Positions 49,587-59,380 of a stretch of 64,000 nucleotides of DNA are shown here, one piece after another. Positions within the stretch are counted from its first letter, which is position 1. Every line of letters starts with the position of its first letter. The position numbers and the translations under genes are program-made. This DNA comes from Acidimicrobiales bacterium (GTDB taxonomy: Bacteria; Actinomycetota; Acidimicrobiia; Acidimicrobiales; Palsa-688): positions 102,528 through 166,527 of the forward strand of contig CBDIBC010000002.1 in the NCBI GenBank assembly GCA_965276635.1. Reading direction: 5' to 3'. The notes under the pieces were generated by a model. That model searched no databases, was not told where the DNA came from, and saw only the letters and a list, made by a program, of their open reading frames with translations.

Positions 49587-50558
49587 TCAGCCGACCGGTC
49601 GCAGCAGCTCGACCAGACGGTCCCGGTCGGTGAGGAGGGCGGCCCGGCCGTCCTCGGTGCAGGCCGCCACCCGGTCCCGTCCCTCGGCGGAACGGCACCA
49701 GCCGACCGCCTCGTCGAACGCGTCGTGACTGACGGCTTCGGCGCTGATCACCGCCGGCCACCCGAGTGCCCTGGCCTGTGCGCCGACCTTGCCCCCGCCT
49801 GCGACGGGGTCGACGGCCACCACCGGCACCCCCGCGGCCAGCCCGAGGACCAGTCCGTGCAAGCGGGTCGTCACCACCACGTCGACGCGCGCTACTGCGG
49901 CCGCGAACTGCTCCGGGGTGGACAGCTGGCGGGCGTCGCCCGGGTGCAGGCGGGTGTCGAGTTCGACGACGGCGAGGTCGGTGCCGGTCAGCCACCCGTC
50001 GAGGCAGCGGTGGACGCCGTCGTGGCGCTGCCGGTTCCCGTACTCGGGCTGGGAGTGGCTCCGGATGACCGCCGCCACCGCCACGTCGGCCACCGGGCGG
50101 TGGGCCGTCCCGAGGGCCAGGTCGACCGCGGCCCGGCCCGGCTCGTCGCGTGCCAGGACCGTGACGGGGGCGAGGGCCGGCGTGCGGTCCACGACCGATA
50201 CCCCGACGGCCACCCGCTGCGAGCCGGTGAACCGGGCGAAGAGCTCCTCCACCAGCTCGCCGCCGGCGGGCCCGCAGACGAACACCAGGTGACCGACCGT
50301 CGCCGGCGGGACGTCGTGCCACGCCAGCTGGCCGCGGCGTCGGAAGGTGGCGGCCATGGCCACGTCGTGGTCGATGCCGGCGTCGTCGAGCCACCGGCTG
50401 ACGGTGCGTTGTGCGAGGAGGTCGCCAGCGGTGACCTCGGCGGTGTCGAAGCTGAACCACCCGGTCACGAGGACACCCCTGGCGCCGACGGGTGCGTACG
50501 GGTTAGGACATGCCAGGGCACTCCTGGCGGTCGACGTCGGGGTGGACTGGCTGAGCAT
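49587..50558 (-). CDS. polysaccharide pyruvyl transferase family protein
   Basis: VVTTRLHGLVLGLAAGVPVVAV; start uncertain (ATG 50558 or downstream). Confidence 0.6.
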   Translation of the reverse strand: MLSQSTPTSTARSALACPNPYAPVGARGVLVTGWFSFDTAEVTAGDLLAQRTVSRWLDDAGIDHDVAMAATFRRRGQLAWHDVPPATVGHLVFVCGPAGGELVEELFARFTGSQRVAVGVSVVDRTPALAPVTVLARDEPGRAAVDLALGTAHRPVADVAVAAVIRSHSQPEYGNRQRHDGVHRCLDGWLTGTDLAVVELDTRLHPGDARQLSTPEQFAAAVARVDVVVTTRLHGLVLGLAAGVPVVAVDPVAGGGKVGAQARALGWPAVISAEAVSHDAFDEAVGWCRSAEGRDRVAACTEDGRAALLTDRDRLVELLRPVG

Positions 50559-51811
50559 CGCTCTCCGATCTGTGGCGGGCGTTCGCTGACTTGGACCTAC
50601 CCGGATCTGCCGGTCACATCGACGACGACTCGAGTGGTGACGCAGCTTGTCGAGGAGACTGTGCAGGCGGCGCGACACCTGCATCTGGCTTACCCCGAAC
50701 TCCTCGCCGACGCGATGCCGAGCGCATCGGGGCCGCCACCCTCGCCGAAGGATCAAGACCGACCCCCATCACCGTCAAGCACTGGCCCTTGGTGCACCCT
50801 CGCGCAAGGCTGGCATTCCCTCCGACTAGGACCGCTCGCCAACTACTCGCCGCCATCCTACCGATCAGGCTGCTGCCCGCGCCGGCTGCGGCCGCCGGAA
50901 GCCCCTTCGAGCAGCTCGACCCCCGCCATGACCTTGGGGTCACGACGCGCTCAGGCAACCCGGTAGCGGTCAGCGAAGACCGACCCGTCGAAATCAAGCC
51001 TGCCGACTGGGGCGCCCTGGCGCCGCTCCGCGGCCTGAACAGTGAGAGCCGCCCACCCTTCGCTTCGACCGAGGTGCTCACCGATCTCACGGAAAGACAT
51101 ACCCCGTTGGGGTGCCGGGCTGTCATGCCGGCCGGCCGAGGCCGCGTCGGCTGACGCCGGAGTCGAAGGGCCTCGTGCTCGATGGCCAGTACGTCCGGCC
51201 GTTTGCTCTCGATGCCGAGGTAGCCCTTGAGAACCGCGACGTGCTTGGTCAGGTAGTCCGACGGCATAGCCGTAGCGCAGTCGGGCGCGAGGCTGAACAG
51301 GAACGAGTCCGTGCAGAGCTCGCGGCCACTCTCGGATGCCCGTTCATCAAGGCGATCGCAGTGGCGGCGCAGCATTGCCATCGTCTCGCCATCGACGTGA
51401 AAGGTGCGGCCACGTCGCGTCTTGGTCGTCTTAACCCTTCCGGACTCGCCGATGGCGCTGTCTACTGAGATCTGGCCCTTGGACCACCCGATGCCGGATC
51501 GACGGACGCCGACGAGCTCGCCGCGACGCATGCCGGTGACGGCCCCGAGGAGAAGGATGGCAGCGAACATCGGGAACGACGTCCGCTGCGGTCGACAACA
51601 ACAAGTGGAGCTCGTCGACTTCGGGCGGCGTCCGCTCCTTCGAGGAGTGAGTATTTGTGGGCAGCTCGAAGTCGGCCATCGGGTTGCGACTGGACATCCC
51701 GCGTCGCTTTGCCTACCGGAAGAACGGGGCGTGGAGACTTTTGGCTTGCCTAAGCCGGGAGTTGCTCTGAGCATCCCCCCGTTGGACGGACACTTCGTAT
51801 AGGAGGAGTCC

Positions 51812-52128
51812 ATGTCCATGAAGAGGAAGTCGAGGGGCGGTCGCCCGTCGAGGTTCAGTGCGGAGTTCCGCAGAGATGCGGTCTCGTTGGTCCTCGATGA
51901 GCACCGCCAGATCGCCGATGTGGCCCGGTCGGTCGGCGCGAATGAGGGCACCTTGGGGAACTGGGTCCGCCTGGAGCGCATCGAACGCGGTGAGCGCCAG
52001 GGCATGACCGTCGACGATCGGGCGGAGCTGGCCGAGCTGCGAGCCGAGAACTCTCAGCTGCGCATGGAGCGTGATCTCTCAAACGATCGATGGCCTTCTG
52101 GGTGAAGGAGTCGACGTCGTGAGCCGCT
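51812..52128 (+). CDS. IS3-family transposase OrfA (HTH), with one indel near 52078
   Basis: MSMKRKSRGGRPSRFSAEFRRDAVSLVL..LRAENSQLRMERDL then shifted LKRSMAFWVKESTS. Confidence 0.65.
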
Positions 52129-53002
52129 TCCGCTGCGTCGATGACCAGAAGGCTGCCGGGTTCCCGGTCCCCACTGCGTGTGAGGCGACGGGGGTGTCCA
52201 AAGTCGGGCTATTACGACTGGGGCGCCCGGGAGGCGGCCGGGCCGACCGAGCGTCAGATCGCCGATGACCCCCTGATCGAGTTGATGCGAGAGGTCCACG
52301 CCGCCTCTGACGGCAACTACGGGGTGCCGCGCATGTACAAGGAGCTGCGCCGGGCCGGGATGGTCATCAACGACAAGAAGGTCCGCCGGCTGATGCACCG
52401 GGCCGGGCTGATCGGACGTCACCATCGCCGCCGGTGCCGCACCACCTTCCCCGGGCCCGGCTATGAGACGGTCCCTGACCTCGCCGGGCGGCGCTTCGAC
52501 CCCGGCGCCCCCGACGTGGCCTGGTGTCAGGACATCACCTACATCGCCACGGGGGAAGGCTGGCTGTTCGTGGCGTCGACCCTCGATCTGGGGTCGCGTC
52601 GATTGTTGGGCTACTCGATGGCCGACCACATGAGAACCGAGCTGGTCACCGACGCCCTGTCCATGGCCCTCACCGCCCCGGGGCGGTGCCGCCGCCGGGG
52701 TGATCGCCCACGCGGATCGGGGCACCCAGTATCTCTCCAACGACTACCTCGAGTTCTGCCACACCCATCAGCTGCGACCATCGGTCGGAAGAACCGGAAT
52801 CTGTTGGGACAACGCCGTGGCTGAGAGCTTCTGGCAGTCCCTGAAACGGGAATGCATCCAAGGACAGGTCTTCGCCACCCGCGCCGAAGCCCGCCGAGCG
52901 ATCTTCCGGTGGGTCAACTGGTACAACGCCAGCCGGCTTCACACCAGCCTCGACGGGGTCCCCCCGATCGAGTGGGAACAGCAATACCGTCAAGCTTCAT
53001 AA
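52102..53002 (+). pseudogene. IS3-family transposase OrfB (DDE integrase core), two further indels
   Basis: SGYYDWGAR..YGVPRMYKELRRAG..; DDE region HADRGTQYLS..ICWDNAVAESFWQSLKRE; indels at an aaa run (about 52190) and a gggg run (about 52690). Confidence 0.65.
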
Positions 53003-53299
53003 CCACCCGTCCGGCCAACGGGGAGAGTCTCACTCAGCCCGGCTTGACGCATGGCGCCGAACAGCTGATCCATGACGGCTGTGTCCACGCGCTTCACCGG
53101 GTAGGACCCGACGGTGGGGGAGAACCAACGGTGGTGGAGCTTGCGGTAGTCACCGACAGTCTTCTCCGCTCGCCCCTTCTCCTCGCCGAGGTACTCGACG
53201 AGAAACCGCTCCACCGCCTCGTCGACCTGTGGGGGGCCGCCTGGTGCTTCCACACCGAAGCCGACCCCGCCGCTGACGCCTGGGTGCGAGACAAAGCGA

Positions 53300-53694
53300 T
53301 CGTTGTCCTCGAAGGAAAAGCACGCGACGTCGCCGCCGGCATCCGCCGGCGAGCGACCGCCCTCGGCCTGCCCGCCACCAAACGGACCAAGGCCGACGCT
53401 GCCGCCACCTACCTGACCAACAAGGCCCCCTACTTCGACTACCCCACCGCCCTAGCCGCCGGCTGGCCCATCGCCACCGGCGTCATCGAAGGAGCCTGCC
53501 GCCACCTCGTCGCCGACCGCATGGACATCACCGGCGCCCGCTGGAGCGCCACCGGAGCCGAAGCCGTCCTCAAACTACGAGCCGTCAACACCAACGGCGA
53601 CTACGACGACTACATCCGCTACCACCTCGAGCAAGAACACCGCCGGAACCACCACACCCGCTACCAACACGTCCGACTACCCACAGCCGCCTGA
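53300..53694 (+). pseudogene. C-terminal fragment of an ISKra4-like transposase
   Basis: AAGWPIATGVIEGACRHLVADRMDITGARWSATGAEAVLKLRAVNTNGDYDDYIRYH. Confidence 0.45.
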
Positions 53695-54008
53695 ACCGGT
53701 CCCTCCAAAGAGAGCCGCACCCAAATGCTGTTCAGTACTTTCGGCACTTAGGGCGCGACATCGGCGCCACCGGCCGGCTCTCTGACCTGCGACGATGCCA
53801 GATCCGGGGACTTCTCGCGCTTTCCATGCTTCGAGTTGTCCCTTCACCCGGCGGGCAGTGCGTTCATCTCCACGACGTGCCCGATCGGGCACAGAAGCAA
53901 AGCGGTGTCCGGTCTTCGCTATATCGCACCCACGACGGGGGGATGTCGCCGCTGCGACACCCGGGTGTCGGCCCACCGACAGTGACTAGCGGGGGATCAG
54001 ACCGGCAA

Positions 54009-54290
54009 ATGGTCGCACCACTGACGCCGGAGGGGACCGTGCCTGTCACAGCAGCGAGCGATCAGGAGACGGCCGACGTCGACACTGCGACGTGGACCAT
54101 CCCCGCCCTCAGGGCCCGCTCGGCCCACCTCCGCCACCTCGAGCGGGCCAGCCAGGACTCCTACGAGATCGGCAAACGGGACCGGGCCATCCGGGAGGCC
54201 TACGACGGCGGGGCCAAGGTCCCCGAGCTCGCCCGGTTCCTCAAGCTGAAGCGGGGCCGCCATCTACGGGATCGTCGGCACTGCCCCCTG
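54009..54290 (+). CDS. hypothetical small protein with possible HTH
   Basis: TWTIPALRARSAHLRHLERASQDSYEIGKRDRAIREAYDGGAKVPELARFLKL; start uncertain. Confidence 0.25.
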
Positions 54291-54490
54291 ACGTCGCCAC
54301 AACCCGCCGGCGTGGGTCGTGGGTACGGCTACAGGGGCCTCGTCCGCGGCCCTATGTGGGGTATCCAGTGCGGCTCAGGCGGGGGCCCGGAGCCTCGCTG
54401 CGTCGACCGCACTCATCGCGCCGGAGCCTGGTTCAGGTCGACGACTCTTTGACCCGAAAATCCAAAGCGGGTCCCCTTCAAGATTCTGTC

Positions 54491-54523
54491 TACCGTAGTA
54501 GACAGTTACCGTCTACTACGGTA
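54491..54523. promoter_or_regulatory. 13-bp perfect inverted repeat, candidate hicAB operator
   Basis: TACCGTAGTAGAC-agttacc-GTCTACTACGGTA, 10 nt upstream of the hicA GTG; nested TTACCGT/ACGGTAA. Confidence 0.5.
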
Positions 54524-54533
54524 AAGTGCGGGT

Positions 54534-54731
54534 GTGACCTCCCGGGATCTCCGCCGCCGGCTCCGTCGGCTCGGCTGCGAAGAACTCCGCCAGAGCGGCT
54601 CGCACCTGGTGGTCCAATGCGGCACGTGCCGGACCGTCGTCCCAATCCACGGGGGCGACATCCCGACCGGGACGCTGCGGAGCATCGAACGAGATCTGGA
54701 GCCCTGCCTCGGAAAGGGACGGCTGCGATGA
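54534..54731 (+). CDS. hicA: HicA-family mRNA interferase toxin
   Basis: LRQSGSHLVV..TVVPIHGGDIPTGTLRSIERDL. Confidence 0.75.
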   Translation: MTSRDLRRRLRRLGCEELRQSGSHLVVQCGTCRTVVPIHGGDIPTGTLRSIERDLEPCLGKGRLR

Positions 54732-55174
54732 CCACGACCACGACCGGCACCTACACCGCCGTCTACCAGCGCGACGCCCACGGCATGTGGCTCGTGGAAC
54801 TCCTCGAGGAGCCCCGCGTCCACACCTACGGCCGCACCCTGGCCAAGGCCCGCGAGAACATCCGAGACGCCACGGCGCTGTGGTTCGAGACCGAACCCGA
54901 CTCGCTGACCCTCGTCGACGACGTCCGCCTGCCCCCCAAGGCCCGCACCAGCGCCGCCAGGGCCCACCAGGCCCGCCTGCGAGCGACCGCAGCGCAGGAG
55001 GCGGCCGCGACGGCAACCAAGGCCGCCGCTGTCGCCCTGGTGCGAGACGGCCAGCTGTCAGTCCGAGACGCCGCCGAGATCCTCGGGCTGTCGCACCAGC
55101 GGGTGCAGCAGCTGATGGAACCCGCCGCCGCCGACCAGGCCGCCGAGAAGGTCACCAAGAGCCCCACGACGTAG
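54730..55174 (+). CDS. hicB: HicB-family antitoxin
   Basis: YTAVYQRDAHGMWLVELLEEPRVHTYGRTLAKARENIRDATALWFE plus C-terminal DNA-binding LSVRDAAEILGLSHQRVQQL; ATGA overlap with hicA. Confidence 0.75.
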
Positions 55175-55251
55175 ATCCACCACCAGGTGGCCCCGGCGGT
55201 GTTGGAGCACCACCGGGGCCCGAGCCACCCCTACACAGGAGGGATGTCCCA

Positions 55252-55866
55252 ATGTCCGACCGTAGCCCTCGGCTGCTCCCCCCAGCCGACCTCGCCCACC
55301 CGTCGCTGAGCCCCCGAACGGCGAGGCTGTACTCGAGTGCCGGGAACCATCTCGAGCGCCTGCTCGCCCAGGCCGGAACGGGTCTGACGACGTGCAACGA
55401 GGAGCAGCTGGCCGCCGTGGCCGCTGAGTGGATGGCTTCCTCCGCGTCGGCCCGCAACCAGATCCTCTGCGCGCTCCCCCACATCTGGCGGGCTCTTGGC
55501 CGCACCGATCCGCCGGACAAGGTAGCGGCCATCGGGCGGCGCATCTCCCCGCCGAAACTGACCACCTACGCACCGCTCGTTCCCGGGGAGGCGGAAGCGC
55601 TCGAGGCGGCGGCAGTAGCGGTCGGCGGCCAAGTCGGCCTCATGGTCCTCGTCGCCCTCCACGGCAGTTTCTGGTCCTCGGAGATGTGCCGGCTGCGCTG
55701 GGAGGACCTCGACGAGACGCAGCGGGTCTGGTGGGTGCGGTCCGACGACGGGCGCTGTCAGGTCAAGATCGCCGAGCGGCTGTGCCAGCTGCTACCCGCG
55801 GCGAGGCCCGCTACCGGCTGGGTGTTCGTCGGGCGCTGGACGCTTTCGGCAGTCGGGCCTCGCTAA
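55252..55866 (+). CDS. tyrosine-recombinase-like protein, truncated (204 aa, lacks the catalytic C-terminal half)
   Basis: SAM-like N-domain, then RWEDLDETQRVWWVRSDDGRCQVKI; RBS AGGAGGG. Confidence 0.4.
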   Translation: MSDRSPRLLPPADLAHPSLSPRTARLYSSAGNHLERLLAQAGTGLTTCNEEQLAAVAAEWMASSASARNQILCALPHIWRALGRTDPPDKVAAIGRRISPPKLTTYAPLVPGEAEALEAAAVAVGGQVGLMVLVALHGSFWSSEMCRLRWEDLDETQRVWWVRSDDGRCQVKIAERLCQLLPAARPATGWVFVGRWTLSAVGPR

Positions 55867-55904
55867 CCTCTCCCTCGATTTCAGAGGCGCGTGAGGGAGC
55901 GACC

Positions 55905-56270
55905 CTGGTGGTGAAACCGATTGAGAGAGCAGCATCTTGGACGACGACTGCCACGGGCCCGCAAGTGATAGCTGCTGCGGAGGCTCTTGCAGCGCGTACC
56001 GGCGGTCGTCTCCAGCGAGTCGACAACTCCGCTGCCACGATTTCGTACGGGTCACGGCGGCGCTTCAGAGTTTGGGGTGCCTACCTGTCACGCGGCAGGG
56101 ATGCGGTTCCGTACAAGGTCTCGGTCAAGACCGTTGAAACAAAGGAGGGAACGATGGTGTCGGTCACCGGCACGAGCGACGAGGGCTGGTACCTGGCTCG
56201 AGTACCCGCGGGGACTCGCCTCCTCGAGAACAGGATCATGACGGCGCTTGACGCCTTGCGGCAGGGGTAA
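55905..56270 (+). CDS. hypothetical protein (lower-GC cargo)
   Basis: Open frame VVKPIERAASW..MVSVTGTSDEGWYLARVPAGTRLLENRIMTALDALRQG; no recognisable family. Confidence 0.3.
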   Translation: MVVKPIERAASWTTTATGPQVIAAAEALAARTGGRLQRVDNSAATISYGSRRRFRVWGAYLSRGRDAVPYKVSVKTVETKEGTMVSVTGTSDEGWYLARVPAGTRLLENRIMTALDALRQG

Positions 56271-56422
56271 TGGGCTCGCAACCCCACGTTCACTCCTACT
56301 GACCGCTGGCCAGGCCGGAACCAGCGCTGAGCGCATAGAAGAATCGCACCTGGGAATCAGCGTCGACGCTTCGTAAGCCCGCTTAGGCGCTCGGGCGCAA
56401 GTTCCGTCTCTTCCACGCCGGT

Positions 56423-56857
56423 TCAGCAGGGGCGCCACTGTCCGCTGGCCACCATGGTGTCGAGAGCCGTGATGCCGTCGCGCTCGACAAGCTCGCCGAT
56501 CGCCGCGAGTGCTTCGGTGGCAGCAGCCCGAGAGGCGACAACGACGCACCGTCGGTCGGATGTCCGGAATCCTCGGTCGTCAAGCTTGGTCACGATGACC
56601 TGCCAGGACTTGGCGAACTTCCATCTGTGGCGGCTATACCGGATCACCTCCAAGGCCACCCCGAGGGCATAAGGCAACCAGGCAGCACCCGCGAAGTAGC
56701 CGTCGCCCGATGGGTAGCCCCTCGGTCCAGCTTCGAGATGGAAGGGTGTCCCGGTGTGGCTTCGGACATCTCGGGGGTGCGGAGACTGGCGGCGCCGCTG
56801 CTCGGCGCGGTCTGCTCGGTGCTGGTTGCTGCCATCCCACCGGTAGATCAGCTTCAT
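56423..56857 (-). CDS. hypothetical protein, possibly DUF559/Vsr-like endonuclease fold
   Basis: MKLIYRWDG..GDGYFAGAAWLPYALGVALEVIRYSRH..DDRGFRTSDRRCVVV; weak similarity only. Confidence 0.25.
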   Translation of the reverse strand: MKLIYRWDGSNQHRADRAEQRRRQSPHPRDVRSHTGTPFHLEAGPRGYPSGDGYFAGAAWLPYALGVALEVIRYSRHRWKFAKSWQVIVTKLDDRGFRTSDRRCVVVASRAAATEALAAIGELVERDGITALDTMVASGQWRPC

Positions 56858-57080
56858 CAATTGCGACGGCACGGTCCCTCGATGCAACGGGTGGAAGACC
56901 AGAACACTACCGAGATGCCCGGAGCGACATGACGACGCTGGCCGGTCATGCAGCACGGATCGCCGATCACGACTCACAGACGTCGAGGCCTGGGTGGATT
57001 CAGGATCGACACCTCGGATCGTTACTCCTCAGGCCCCATTCCACGAACGGCTAGCGGGATAGAGAATCACCCGCCTAGAT

Positions 57081-57464
57081 TTGGTTTTCGTGGCGGCCGC
57101 AGGGGTAATCAAGGTCCACAGGATCAAGACTGGCTGGCGAGATCGGGTGCGAGCGTACGAGGTCCTCGTCGACGGCCGAACAGCGGGGCGGCCGAAGAAC
57201 GGCGAGACGCTTGAGGCTGTTGCAGGCGTCGGTGATCATTCAGTGCAAGTGAAGATAGGACGGTGGTGGAGCAGTCCGAAGGTCGGAGTGTCTGTGACCT
57301 GTGGTGGTGCTGCAGTTCTGTACGTCAAGGCTCGGCCGATGGGGGAGCCCCTGACCGTGTTGTGGCAGGCGATCCGTCACCCGGACAGTTACATCCTCCT
57401 CTGGGCGGAGGGTTCGAGGCCACCAGACGAGCCCTGGAGGCCGCTGGACTGGGAAGGGCGCTGA
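57081..57464 (+). CDS. hypothetical protein
   Basis: ORF in lower-GC DNA; no recognisable family. Confidence 0.25.
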   Translation: MVFVAAAGVIKVHRIKTGWRDRVRAYEVLVDGRTAGRPKNGETLEAVAGVGDHSVQVKIGRWWSSPKVGVSVTCGGAAVLYVKARPMGEPLTVLWQAIRHPDSYILLWAEGSRPPDEPWRPLDWEGR

Positions 57465-57502
57465 GATAGGCGGATCTGGGGTGCTTCCTTGGACCGGATC
57501 TA

Positions 57503-57567
57503 GGGACAAAGTGGAACATGTCCCCAGGGGGGAGTGCCCTCACCTAGTGTGACCTGACGTAGGTCAC
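57503..57567. terminator. two hairpins between convergent genes (candidate bidirectional terminators)
   Basis: GGGACA-n10-TGTCCC (57503-57524) and GTGACCT-gacgt-AGGTCAC (57549-57567). Confidence 0.3.
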
Positions 57568-57594
57568 GTCGCCCGGACAAGCACCGATTGCCGA

Positions 57595-58239
57595 CTATGC
57601 TCCAGTCGCTACTGCCGTGCTGCGTTGGACGTGCTCATCGCCGGTGGTGCTCGAGATCGGTGGTCCTTCGGGTCCCGCCAGGGTAAGGCGTTCCGTTCGG
57701 AAATCAATCCGCACGGCCCGGAATCGGCTGAGGATGTCGGAACCGAGCGTTCCCATGAGTCCCGGGGCGTGTCGCGACTGTAGAGCGCCTACGCCGAGGA
57801 TCTCATTTCGAAGCGGCAGGCCGTCGACTGAGAGGTCTCCGGGTGCCGTGAGGGAAATGGTGTGGGCGCAGCCGAAGCTGGTGGCATGGCGGGTGTCGAA
57901 GGTGTCGAGGTGCAGCCGTGCGGCCAGGCCAGAGTCGATGATGCTTGCGGCGGAGCCGGTGTCAACGTCGAAGGTGAATGGGCCCCGGCCGTCGACGCAG
58001 ACGCCGGCAACCACGACCGCAAACCCCGGCACGGGTCGGACAACTCGAACGGGAACCACGATGTCGGTGGCTGACCCCGACAGGTGCGTCTCGCAGTTCC
58101 GAAACGCCGGAAAAGCGATCGGACTGCCCGCCCCAGTCGACGGTGGGCGGCTGGAGCAGCTGACCAACGATATGCCGAGGAGCACCGCACCTAGCAACGC
58201 GAGGCAGGCAGCTTGGCCCCGGCCTGCCTGCCTCGTCAT
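57595..58239 (-). CDS. retropepsin-like (clan AA) aspartyl protease lipoprotein
   Basis: Lipoprotein signal LLGAVLLGISLVSC; FTFDVDTGSAASIIDSGLAARLHL (DTGS active site). Confidence 0.5.
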   Translation of the reverse strand: MTRQAGRGQAACLALLGAVLLGISLVSCSSRPPSTGAGSPIAFPAFRNCETHLSGSATDIVVPVRVVRPVPGFAVVVAGVCVDGRGPFTFDVDTGSAASIIDSGLAARLHLDTFDTRHATSFGCAHTISLTAPGDLSVDGLPLRNEILGVGALQSRHAPGLMGTLGSDILSRFRAVRIDFRTERLTLAGPEGPPISSTTGDEHVQRSTAVATGA

Positions 58240-58659
58240 TCGCCGCCGCCGGTGCTGGGTCTGCACCGGCGGTGATCGGCTATCAGAGCACAACGTCCAG
58301 GGGCCGATTCGTTCACGGGTGCAGTGTGCCTGTTCGCTCAAGACGATGCCGATCGAGTTGCTGCGCCCAGACCAGGAGCGGCTTGAGAATTTCGGGCGGC
58401 ACCTGGCCGACCAACCTGTGAGCGATCAGGGCGCCGCCGGGATCTGGCCGCGTGGTTAGCGACGCCACGAGTGGCGGACGGAGTCCCGCGGCAACATCAT
58501 CAGGGTCCCTGGCCGCCCGTCGCCACCCTTAGGCAGGTGGAGACGACCCGCGCTGGGTGTCCGGTGCCCGCCTGGCTGGTCGGCCCCAGCCCGAGGTTCA
58601 CCATCCGGGAAGCCCCCCAGAATCGATGACCGCATACATACCCGGGCCGTTGACAGAAT

Positions 58660-59348
58660 GTGCGGATGCAGCCGCTCGTCCTGGTCCATAGCCCGCTGGT
58701 CGGGCCCAGCACTTGGAGATGGGTCGCCGAAGCGCTGGTGGCGGGCGGTCATCGAGTCACGGTTCCGTCCGTCCCCGAAACGGTGGCGTCGTCTGGTTAG
58801 GAGTCATTCGCCGATTCGGTGGCGGCCCAGGTCGGCGACGGCGACACTGTCTTGGTCAGCCATAGCGGCGCGGGTCTTCTCCTGCCGCAGATCCAGGCAC
58901 GAAGCGTCGGCGATGCCGGCCATCCGGTCTTCGTTGACGCAGGCGTCCCACCGCAGACCGGCGACGCCCGCTTGATCCCCAGCCAGTTCCGGGCGCAGCT
59001 CGAGAACATCGCCGTCGAGGGGCTGCTACCGAAATGGTCAGACTGATTCGATCCGGGCATGATGGAGATGCTGATCCCCGACGAAGAACGACGAGCTGCC
59101 GTCTGCGCCGAGTTGCCTCGGCTGCCTCTGTCGTACTTCGACGCCGTGGTGCCCGTCCCCACGGGTTGGACTGGCGGCAAGTCCGGGGTACCTTCGACTC
59201 AGCGAGCCCTACGCCGCCGATGAGGCAGAAGCCGCCCGCCGCGGATGGCCGGTCCTCGCGCTGCCGGGAGCGCACCCCGACCCGGTTACGCGACCTGAGC
59301 CGGTTACTGAGGCGATCCTTGCCCTCGTGAACAATCTGGTCGAATGAC
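58660..59348 (+). pseudogene. alpha/beta-hydrolase-like protein with an in-frame TAG, a second stop and a frameshift at a GGGG run
   Basis: MQPLVLVHSPLVGPSTWRWVAEALVAGGHRVTVPSVPE..(TAG)..DGDTVLVSHSGAGLLLPQI..; C-terminal EAEAARRGWPVLALPGAHPDPVTRPEPVTEAILALVNNLVE. Confidence 0.5.
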
Positions 59349-59380
59349 TCGCAGTCGCCGCCGTTCCGCATCAGGACGAC

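Larger units (their letters stand above)
51768..53035. mobile_element. IS3-family insertion sequence (about 1.27 kb) with imperfect terminal IRs
   Basis: IRL TGAGCATCCCCCCGTTGGACGGAC at 51768; IRR complement TGAGTGAGACTCTCCCCGTTGGCCGGAC ending at 53035; orfA/orfB arrangement. Confidence 0.7.
51105..53253 (-). pseudogene. tyrosine recombinase/phage integrase, split by the IS3-family insertion and carrying a frameshift and in-frame stop
   Basis: N-terminal SAM-like VERFLVEYLGEEKGRAEKTVGDYRKL (52990-53253); after the IS: AKRRGMSSRNP..EVDELHLLLSTAAD, then ILLLGAVTGMRRGELVGVRRSGIGW..TKTRRGRTFHV in another frame. Confidence 0.6.

Noticed and set aside
49023-50966. 647-aa plus-strand ORF across the GT2 / pyruvyl-transferase region
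   Set aside because: Antisense to two well-supported minus-strand genes; Ser/Pro/Arg-rich junk translation.
50614-51104. Downstream part of the 463-aa minus-strand ORF, beyond the integrase catalytic fragment
   Set aside because: Only residues mapping to about 51105-51564 look like an integrase; the remainder is read-through junk.
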